Virus record (IMG/VR): IMGVR_UViG_3300040804_000001 | Length of the DNA stretch: 30,272 bases | DNA from: a virus | Strand: one strand, 5' to 3' | Part shown: positions 23,839 to 29,496 of the stretch, piece by piece | How positions within the stretch are numbered: the stretch's first letter is position 1 | Layout: the number at the start of each line of letters is the position of its first letter | Notes under the pieces: model-generated | What the model was told of the DNA's origin: nothing | The model's input: the letters and a program-made list of their open reading frames with translations, nothing else | Database searches by the model: none | Program-made: the position numbers and the translations under genes

Positions 23839-24240
23839 ATGAACGAAACACAGAAAGAGAGGTTGCAACACCTCGCAAAAGAGAACGGTCTGACAAAAGA
23901 CCACTTCTTCAAAAGCCCTCAAGGGTTCGTAATTATAACCCGACAAGGCATTGAGCGAATCCAAGCGCACAAGGGAATCCGAGTTAGGTATGAGATGGTA
24001 CACCTGACAGACGACTGCAAGTTCGTGGTCATCAAAGCCATTGGCGAAATGTCCAACGGTCAGGGTCTACCCGTTCAAATGGAAACCTTCGGGGAATCGG
24101 CACCAGCTAACACGCGCCAAACCTATCCAGTAGCGATGGCGGAGAAACGCGCACTATCAAGAGTAGTGTTAAAACTGTCAGGACTTTACGAAGTTGGCGT
24201 ATTTGGAGAAGATGAATCTGATGACTTTAAACGAGCGTAA
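23839..24240 (+). CDS. Possible small single-strand annealing protein (Rad52/Sak-like) partner of the exonuclease
   Basis: 133 aa, immediately upstream of the YqaJ exonuclease. The C-terminal YPVAMAEKRALSRVVLKLSGLYEVG resembles the A.KRA..R...G.. segment of Rad52-like SSAPs, followed by an acidic tail. The assignment is weak. Confidence 0.35.
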   Translation: MNETQKERLQHLAKENGLTKDHFFKSPQGFVIITRQGIERIQAHKGIRVRYEMVHLTDDCKFVVIKAIGEMSNGQGLPVQMETFGESAPANTRQTYPVAMAEKRALSRVVLKLSGLYEVGVFGEDESDDFKRA

Positions 24241-24241
24241 G

Positions 24242-24871
24242 ATGGAAGATATATTCGAAGCAATCAGCAACACTCAGCAGAGGTCGGAGGAATGGCACGC
24301 GCAAAGGTTAGGGAAGTTTACGGCTTCCCGCTTTGGCGACCTTATGACCAACGGACGAAAGAAAGACGAGGTACTTGGGCAGACAGCTATCAGCTACATC
24401 TACGAGAAGGCTGCAGAATTACTGACAGGGCAAAGAACCGAAATCTTCGGCAAGGCGTTAGACTGGGGCAATGAGTACGAACCAATCTGCAAAACGTATT
24501 ACTCAGAATTGAAAGGCGTAACCATTGAAGAGATGCCGTTCGTTGAGATAAACGAATACTCAGGGGCTTCGCCCGATGGTATGGTAGATGGCGAACTGAT
24601 AGAAATCAAATGCCCGTACAACACAGCAAACCACCTCAAGACCGCTTTCGAGGGTTACATCGACCCGAAGTATGTGTGGCAGATGCAAGGGCAAATGCTG
24701 GCAACTGGAGCAACGGCTTGTCGGTTTATTTCATTCGACCCACGCATTCAAGACGAACGCTTCAAACTCATCGAGATTCGAGTCGAGCAAGACCTTGAGA
24801 TGCAAGAACAACTCCGCGAACGGTTAGCGTTTGCAAATGATTATCTTAGTAACCTTTTAAACTCTAAATAA
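24242..24871 (+). CDS. YqaJ-like (lambda Exo-type, PD-(D/E)XK) recombination exonuclease
   Basis: The N-terminal SEEWHAQRLGKFTASRFGDLM signature, then SPDG...ELIEIKCP (D...E.K catalytic motif) and the QMQGQM helix. ATG 24242 lies 1 nt after the upstream stop (the ORF track starts at 24194). Confidence 0.85.
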   Translation: MEDIFEAISNTQQRSEEWHAQRLGKFTASRFGDLMTNGRKKDEVLGQTAISYIYEKAAELLTGQRTEIFGKALDWGNEYEPICKTYYSELKGVTIEEMPFVEINEYSGASPDGMVDGELIEIKCPYNTANHLKTAFEGYIDPKYVWQMQGQMLATGATACRFISFDPRIQDERFKLIEIRVEQDLEMQEQLRERLAFANDYLSNLLNSK

Positions 24872-25161
24872 TGGAAAGTAAAGTAGTATTCGTGGACGGC
24901 TTGAACGTCTACACACCATCAACCAACGCTCCTGACTGGGTGAAAGCTGACATGGTTCTGAACCCGACCAAGCTAATCAAGTGGCTACAGGAAAACGACC
25001 AGTACCTCAAAGAAGGTAAACATGGTCTTGAGGTTCGACTACAAGTAAAGCAGTCAGCACAGGGCAAGTTATACGCAAGCGTTGACACCTACGAGCCGAA
25101 GTTGAAAGCGGAGGTAACTGCCAAAGCGGTAACGGTAGACGATGGCGACCTCCCGTTCTAA
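24871..25161 (+). CDS. Small SSB-like protein ending in an SSB-type acidic tip (DDGDLPF)
   Basis: 96 aa. The C-terminus VDDGDLPF mirrors the bacterial SSB tip (DDDIPF). It lies between the exonuclease and NinG. The body does not look like a canonical OB SSB to my eye. Confidence 0.5.
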   Translation: MESKVVFVDGLNVYTPSTNAPDWVKADMVLNPTKLIKWLQENDQYLKEGKHGLEVRLQVKQSAQGKLYASVDTYEPKLKAEVTAKAVTVDDGDLPF

Positions 25162-25531
25162 GGTAGTAAAAGATTTAGATGCCGCCTTCAGCCGTTACAT
25201 TCGGTTGAGGGCGGTTAATCTTGACGGCTTTGTAGAGTGCTACACTTGCGGACGTTCCTACGAATGGAAGAAGATTCAATGCGGACACTTTATGAGCCGC
25301 GCACGTTACGCTACGAGATGGCACGAAGATAACTGCCGACCGCAATGCTACGGATGCAACGTGATGCAACAAGGTCGCCAATACGACTTTGGCATTAACT
25401 TAGACCGAGAACGCGAAGGGTTGGCTGAAGAGATGCACCAGCTTAGCTTAACGACCGTAAAGTTTGCAACGTGGGAACTGGAGGAGATGCTCAAAGAGTA
25501 TAAACAGAAGGTCAAATCCTTAGAATCCTAA
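25142..25531 (+). CDS. ninG: NinG/Rap-family recombination endonuclease
   Basis: FSRYIRLR...CYTCG...QCGHFMSR....RW...NCRPQCYGCN is the characteristic NinG pattern. Confidence 0.8.
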   Translation: MATSRSKVVKDLDAAFSRYIRLRAVNLDGFVECYTCGRSYEWKKIQCGHFMSRARYATRWHEDNCRPQCYGCNVMQQGRQYDFGINLDREREGLAEEMHQLSLTTVKFATWELEEMLKEYKQKVKSLES

Positions 25532-25564
25532 ACTTCCTAAACATCCTGAGTGTGTTTTTTTTGC

Positions 25565-25602
25565 CTAAATGTTTTGGATATTCAAAAGTTATTTAGATAT
25601 TG
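25565..25602 (+). promoter_or_regulatory. Early promoter/operator P2 (paralogue of P1)
   Basis: CTAAATGTTTTGGATATTCAAAAG differs from the P1 element at 2 of 24 positions and is also preceded by TTTTTTG. The near-palindrome is TTTTGGATATTCAAAA. It is followed by TAGATATTG, a degenerate -7 box. Confidence 0.5.
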
Positions 25603-25653
25603 CACCAATCAAACGGGGGTCGCGCATCCGTAACGCGAGAAAAAACAAGAACA

Positions 25654-25821
25654 ATGATAGACGATTTTAGATGGACTTACAGAGAGTGCTGCGGAAAGCG
25701 AATAAGGGAGTGCGATGACTGCGACTGCAACTACTGCGAGGACTGCGGAGAAGTAACCATCAACGAAACCAAATGTGAAACCTGTTTAGATTATTACCAT
25801 GCTGAACATTATCAAGATTGA
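25654..25821 (+). CDS. Cys-rich small protein (55 aa, 9 Cys), zinc-ribbon-like
   Basis: MIDDFRWTYRECCGKRIRECDDCDCNYCEDCGEVTINETKCETCLDYYHAEHYQD. ATG 25654 is preferred over the TTG at 25600, which lies inside the promoter element. Confidence 0.5.
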   Translation: MIDDFRWTYRECCGKRIRECDDCDCNYCEDCGEVTINETKCETCLDYYHAEHYQD

Positions 25822-25978
25822 CGAAGTGATAGCGGAGGCGAACGCCAAGAAGATAACCGCTTACCGAATAGCCAAAGACACGGGGCTATCAACTCAAACC
25901 GTGTACGCTTACTTCGCTGGCGACAAGGTCAGCGTAAGAACTCAGGAAACAATTATTAACTACATAAACAAACAATGA
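25799..25978 (+). CDS. Small HTH DNA-binding protein (59 aa, below the ORF-track cutoff), Cro/repressor-like
   Basis: Hand translation gives MLNIIKIDEVIAEANAKKITAYRIAKDTGLSTQTVYAYFAGDKVSVRTQETIINYINKQ. ITAYRIAKDTGLSTQTVYAYFAG is a classic helix-turn-helix. There is an ATGA overlap with the next gene. Confidence 0.6.
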   Translation: MLNIIKIDEVIAEANAKKITAYRIAKDTGLSTQTVYAYFAGDKVSVRTQETIINYINKQ

Positions 25979-26373
25979 AAAAGACAACAATCAAGTACGC
26001 GGCAATGCTGCAAGAAGTGAAAGAAGCTTGCAAAAATAACGAGCGAATCGTTGGCAAAGAACTCGGAGCTAAGTACAAAGCAACGAACAACATGATATGC
26101 AGCTTAAAAAGAATAGGATGGATTGAAAAGGTTGGAACTGCGAAGTACAAATGGACAAGAGGAGAAGTAACCTTAGGTATGGCTACTCAGTTGGCAGACT
26201 TTATGAACGAGCAGACCAACGGCAAGCGACCAACAAAAGAACCGCAGCTAAAGGTTGATTTCAAAGAACCGAAGGCGCAACCGAAGGCGAATAAGACAAA
26301 TAAAATTGAATCAGTAAAGACAGAAACTACTTCTTGGTTTTGGGGACTTTACACAAAGACCGTGAAAGGATGA
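25975..26373 (+). CDS. Hypothetical protein, possible winged-helix DNA-binding N-terminus
   Basis: ORF track. The segment ERIVGKELGAKYKATNNMICSLKRIGWIEKVG is wHTH-like, and the C-terminus is a basic K/P-rich linker. Confidence 0.4.
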   Translation: MKKTTIKYAAMLQEVKEACKNNERIVGKELGAKYKATNNMICSLKRIGWIEKVGTAKYKWTRGEVTLGMATQLADFMNEQTNGKRPTKEPQLKVDFKEPKAQPKANKTNKIESVKTETTSWFWGLYTKTVKG

Positions 26374-26678
26374 ACTATTACAACACGAACAACGAAGTTG
26401 GGACAGAGCTCAAGAAGTCCCAAGAGAAAGCGAAAAGTCAGGACGAACTTGTCTTGATTTACTTCCGAAACCATGACCAGCTCGGAGTAACGCCTGAGAG
26501 GGTTCTGCGACACTTCAGAATAATGGAGCCGTTATCATCTGACAGATGGGCAAACACTCCTATTACTTCCATAAGAAGGTCCTTTTCGAACCTCCACAAG
26601 AAGGGCTTAATCGAGAAGGCTGGCTACAAGATAGAAGGAGATTTCGGTAAACAAATAAACGTATGGAGATGCAAGTAA
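26370..26678 (+). CDS. Hypothetical protein, wHTH-like
   Basis: ATG 26370 forms an ATGA overlap with the upstream stop. The sequence ...TSIRRSFSNLHKKGLIEKAG... is wHTH-like. Confidence 0.4.
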   Translation: MNYYNTNNEVGTELKKSQEKAKSQDELVLIYFRNHDQLGVTPERVLRHFRIMEPLSSDRWANTPITSIRRSFSNLHKKGLIEKAGYKIEGDFGKQINVWRCK

Positions 26679-27106
26679 TACGACTATCACAAAGCCTAAA
26701 GGAGCAGCTAATTAACATCATCGACCTACATCAAGGTTACTTCGGGGAGGATTGCCAAACGCTACTAGCTGCAATTCAAGGAGTTTACTGCGAGAAGCAC
26801 ATCGACAAAAGTTGCAAAGACATCATTAACAGAGTTGAGCAAGCTACAGGCATCGGCTATTCAGCGATGAAAGCACGGACACGAATGAGGAATGTAACCA
26901 TTGCTCGGCAGTACGCTATCTACAGAGTGCATCGGGAGTTATACGGAAGCGGGTACTCTTTGCAAGACATTGGCAAGATGTTCTACCGAGACCACTCAAC
27001 GGTGCTGTATTCCATCAAGACGATGAGGCACGCTCTTCAAGTTCAAGACAAGTTAGTTAAATCAATTCACACGAAATATGGAGAACTGGAAAGTGAGGGT
27101 GCTTGA
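26663..27106 (+). CDS. DnaA domain IV (Bac_DnaA_C)-like HTH protein
   Basis: TRMRNVTIARQYAIYRVHRELYGSGYSLQDIGKMFYRDHSTVLYSIKTMRHAL matches the DnaA C-terminal DNA-binding domain pattern (R..i..aRqiAmYL...t..S...IG..F.rDHsTV). Confidence 0.7.
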   Translation: MEMQVIRLSQSLKEQLINIIDLHQGYFGEDCQTLLAAIQGVYCEKHIDKSCKDIINRVEQATGIGYSAMKARTRMRNVTIARQYAIYRVHRELYGSGYSLQDIGKMFYRDHSTVLYSIKTMRHALQVQDKLVKSIHTKYGELESEGA

Positions 27107-27167
27107 TTTCATTATGTGGAATCTTGGCTATGAACGAGAAAAATGATTTCCAAGTGGAACAATTTTG

Positions 27168-27175
27168 TATATTTG
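27168..27175 (+). promoter_or_regulatory. TATATTTG box (-7-like) in the 214-bp gap
   Basis: The octamer is identical to the -7-like box of P1 and matches the TAnnTTTG consensus. A terminator lies about 110-140 nt downstream. Confidence 0.35.
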
Positions 27176-27280
27176 CTACTTACTAATGAACGCCTGACAA
27201 GTGTTTATCTGAAACTCGAAGAAATGAAGAAACTACTTTACGGGGTTAAAACAAACGGACGGCTACTTCGAGGGCTGAAC

Positions 27281-27316
27281 GGGAGGGGCGCAGTCAACGC
27301 CAACCCCTTTTTTTTT
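27281..27316 (+). terminator. Rho-independent terminator (imperfect GC stem plus T9)
   Basis: GGGAGGGGCG-cagtcaa-CGCCAACCCC is followed by nine T (27308-27316). It ends 4 nt before the HNH ATG. Confidence 0.55.
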
Positions 27317-27320
27317 CAAA

Positions 27321-27779
27321 ATGCCAAGAACTAAAAATGCTATACTTGATGATATATTAAAAATCAAGTGGGATATAGACGATTCTTACGGTCAGTCATA
27401 CCTGACTTATAATAACCAATTGAAGTATTGTGATTTACTTAGAGAAGGTAGTACATTACAAGTTTTTACTGACCACGAATACATTGTTTTAAGAACAATA
27501 TTTGATACAGGTGTTCGTCATCTATCAGAACTCAAAGCACATTTAAGAAATCAGCCAAGACGAGATGCTCAGGCATTTATTGGCAAAAAGAACATTAGAC
27601 TATGGCTATTTAAAAGAGACGGCTGGAGGTGTTTGTGTTGTGGTTCTAATAAGAAATTGACTGCTGACCATATTGTACCAGTAAACAAGGGTGGAAATAA
27701 CACACTTAGCAACTTGCAAACTTTATGCGCAAGTTGTAATTCAAGAAAGAGTGATTCATTTATAGATTACAGAATATGA
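27321..27779 (+). CDS. HNH endonuclease (free-standing, homing-type)
   Basis: CLCCGSNKKLTADHIVPVNKGGNNTLSNLQTLCASCNSRKSD carries CxxC...DH...N...N...CxxC. Hand-counted GC is about 30% over 27321-27500, against about 49% in the backbone. Confidence 0.85.
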   Translation: MPRTKNAILDDILKIKWDIDDSYGQSYLTYNNQLKYCDLLREGSTLQVFTDHEYIVLRTIFDTGVRHLSELKAHLRNQPRRDAQAFIGKKNIRLWLFKRDGWRCLCCGSNKKLTADHIVPVNKGGNNTLSNLQTLCASCNSRKSDSFIDYRI

Positions 27780-28432
27780 GCGGCTACGACTTATCACGAA
27801 ACTGGTTTGATTGGTGCTTCGAGAATCCTGAGAAGATAAAACCAAACCACACGGCTCTATATTTCTTTGCGGTTGAACATTGCAACCGATTAGGCTGGAA
27901 GAAGAAGTACGGAATGCCGACCACGATGGCAATGGAAGCTATCGGAATCAAGTCTTACAATACTTACATCAACACTTTAAACGACCTTGTGGAATGGGGC
28001 TTTATTTCAATGGTTCAAAGGTCAAAGAATCAATACTCTGCTAACATAGTTGCCCTATCAAATTTTGACAAAGCACTTGACAAAGCACTTGACAAAGCAT
28101 TGATAAAGCACGGGACAAAGCAAAGTGAAAGCATTGATAGTATAGATAAACAAGAAACAAGTAAACCAATAAACAAGGAACAAGCACCACCATCGCTTGA
28201 AGAAGTAATTTCGTACTTTGATGAGAACGGTTACACTAAGGAATCAGCTACCAAGATGTTTGAATATTACGAGGAAAGCAGAAAGCCTCGCGGAATAGTT
28301 TGGAAGGATGGCAGAGGCAACACCGTAAAGAATTGGAAACAGAAAGCCCGAAGCATTTGGTTTAAAGACGATAATCTCAAGAAGAACCAGCAGTATGATT
28401 TTAAGAACTTTGAAAACGTAGAATACCCATGA
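27776..28432 (+). CDS. Replisome organiser / replication initiator-like protein
   Basis: The N-terminal NWFDWCFENPEKIKPNHTALYFFAVEHCNRLGW resembles the DUF4373-type N-terminus of Bacteroidota phage replication proteins. The C-terminal EEVISYFDENGYTKESATKMFEYYEES...NWKQKARSIW resembles the common phage replication C-terminal domain. It is followed by a DnaC-like ATPase. Confidence 0.55.
   Translation: MSGYDLSRNWFDWCFENPEKIKPNHTALYFFAVEHCNRLGWKKKYGMPTTMAMEAIGIKSYNTYINTLNDLVEWGFISMVQRSKNQYSANIVALSNFDKALDKALDKALIKHGTKQSESIDSIDKQETSKPINKEQAPPSLEEVISYFDENGYTKESATKMFEYYEESRKPRGIVWKDGRGNTVKNWKQKARSIWFKDDNLKKNQQYDFKNFENVEYP
28067..28125 (+). repeat. Tandem 12-bp (11-12 bp) repeats GACAAAGCAnnn x5 inside the organiser gene
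   Basis: GACAAAGCACTT, GACAAAGCACTT, GACAAAGCATTG, ATAAAGCACGG, GACAAAGCAAAG, read directly. They encode KALDKALDKALIKHGTKQS. Confidence 0.85.
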
Positions 28433-29073
28433 GAATAGACGACTACATTAGCAGAATTGAGAAGGGGCAAGATGCTCGTTACCAGCTTCGAAAGTACGAA
28501 GAGCATAATTTTGAAACCGCACGGCTCGCATTTGAAAAGTGCTGCCGATATGTTCTTCCGAAGTGGCAAGACAAGCACCCTGAGTTAACTGACCAAATTG
28601 TGAGATACGCTCTTCAGTTGGACTCCTTCAACGGGGACACCGACAAAGGTTTAATTCTGATGGGTTCTACTGGTGTCGGGAAAACGGTTTATTTGAAATC
28701 TCTGAGTTTATTTATGGGCTACGCTCAGAAGTTCAAGTTCAAGATTTACACGGGGTTTGAAATGGAGCGGATATATCAAGCAGAAGGCGAGGACTTGTTC
28801 AGTTTAGAAACAGCAATGAAATCCAAGATGTTCGCCATTGATGACATCGGAGAAGAGCATACGACAATTAAACGCTACGGCACTGAGATAAATGTCGGAG
28901 TTGATGCGTTGACACAGCGACACCAGCTATACACGAACAAGGGTTACCTTACCTTTGCTACTACCAACCTCAACGCTGAGATGATTGGCAAGAAGTACGG
29001 CAAGCGAATCGAATCACGTATCTACGAGATGTTTAATTTTATCGGTGTAAAAGGAGAGGATTTAAGGAAATGA
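28429..29073 (+). CDS. DnaC/IstB-like AAA+ ATPase (helicase loader candidate)
   Basis: Walker A LILMGSTGVGKTVYL, Walker B MFAIDDIGEE and a sensor-like FATTNL. It sits directly after the organiser. Confidence 0.7.
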   Translation: MRIDDYISRIEKGQDARYQLRKYEEHNFETARLAFEKCCRYVLPKWQDKHPELTDQIVRYALQLDSFNGDTDKGLILMGSTGVGKTVYLKSLSLFMGYAQKFKFKIYTGFEMERIYQAEGEDLFSLETAMKSKMFAIDDIGEEHTTIKRYGTEINVGVDALTQRHQLYTNKGYLTFATTNLNAEMIGKKYGKRIESRIYEMFNFIGVKGEDLRK

Positions 29074-29327
29074 AAGAGTACAAAACAACAATCAAAGCAA
29101 TGGTGTACGGGCAGTTATTCGTTTACGCACTGGACGAAATGCGAGGAAGTAACCATTTCAAGCAGCAGCTAAAAGCAAAGGGTAACTCGTTTCAGAAGGA
29201 AGTGGAGAAGTTCCTTAACACAGCTTACGGAGGTGGCAATACTGACCTGACGATAATCGAACTTTTAGAACATTGTCAGAACAAGATTGACGAGATAATA
29301 GAGAACGAGGTAACTTTTGTAGAATAA
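29070..29327 (+). CDS. Hypothetical protein (85 aa)
   Basis: ATGA overlap with the upstream gene. No motif recognised. Confidence 0.4.
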   Translation: MKEYKTTIKAMVYGQLFVYALDEMRGSNHFKQQLKAKGNSFQKEVEKFLNTAYGGGNTDLTIIELLEHCQNKIDEIIENEVTFVE

Positions 29328-29374
29328 TGCTTTAGATGGCAAGAAGTAGTTTTATTTTATTGTGTACAACGTCC

Positions 29375-29404
29375 AGCTAAAGAATCGTGCAGTGTTCTTT
29401 AGCT
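29375..29404 (+). promoter_or_regulatory. Perfect 10-bp inverted repeat AGCTAAAGAA-10 nt-TTCTTTAGCT
   Basis: Read directly. No T tract follows. It could be a terminator-like hairpin or a protein-binding site. Confidence 0.4.
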
Positions 29405-29414
29405 TAGTTGTAAG

Positions 29415-29461
29415 ATTTACGGGGTTAATTTAAATGAAAGCCGTAACATTTACGGGGTTAA
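29415..29461 (+). repeat. Two exact copies of ATTTACGGGGTTAA, 33 bp apart
   Basis: The copies lie at 29415-29428 and 29448-29461. A third TTTACGGGGTTAA is at 27237-27249, and related AACGGGGTAAC motifs are at 23353 and 23520. Confidence 0.85.
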
Positions 29462-29496
29462 CTCAACGTTTAAAATAAATCACTACATTTAAGCCC

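Noticed and set aside
226-24798. Nested + strand alternative-frame ORFs (226-411, 2539-2805, 2830-3015, 6750-6971, 7863-8060, 11937-12122, 13927-14157, 17017-17340, 24292-24474, 24610-24798)
   Set aside because: They are embedded out of frame in longer ORFs that carry recognisable domains. Their Arg/Ser/Leu-rich sequences look like frame artefacts.
25526-25547. Short direct repeat TCCTAAAC-T-TCCTAAAC-A-TCCT spanning the NinG stop codon and its 3' flank
   Set aside because: It is very short (8 bp x2), overlaps the stop codon region, and has no second occurrence elsewhere. It is probably incidental.
23303-25588. GTTGTGAATATTCAAAAG-type elements as solitary CRISPR repeat-like units, or a mini-array
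   Set aside because: There are only two copies, 2.2 kb apart, each in a promoter context. There is no repeat-spacer periodicity and I cannot verify similarity to any host CRISPR repeat. A promoter/operator explanation is simpler.
20789-25611. Shared 11-mer TATTGCACCAA at about 20791 and about 25598
   Set aside because: Pairwise 11-mer matches are expected many times by chance in 30 kb (on the order of 100 pairs), and the flanks are not similar.
27242-27307. Possible tRNA: GGGGTT at 27242 pairs with AACCCC at 27302
   Set aside because: The span is only 66 nt with a 6-bp closing helix. I found no T-loop (TTCRANN) or D-arm, and I could not draw an anticodon arm. The 3' half is better explained as the terminator hairpin.
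27143-27334. The 63-aa ORF in the 27107-27320 gap
   Set aside because: It starts upstream of the promoter-like box, reads through the terminator stem and the T9 tract, and overlaps the HNH start. The region is more plausibly non-coding.
2078-28578. All minus-strand ORFs in the track (for example 2078-2263, 3861-4121, 4081-4410, 11488-11772, 12762-13133, 20170-20508, 20621-20902, 28267-28578)
   Set aside because: Each lies fully antisense to a well-supported + strand gene and has low-complexity or Ser/Leu/Cys-rich composition typical of antisense frames. None has its own intergenic space. The genome is otherwise strictly unidirectional.
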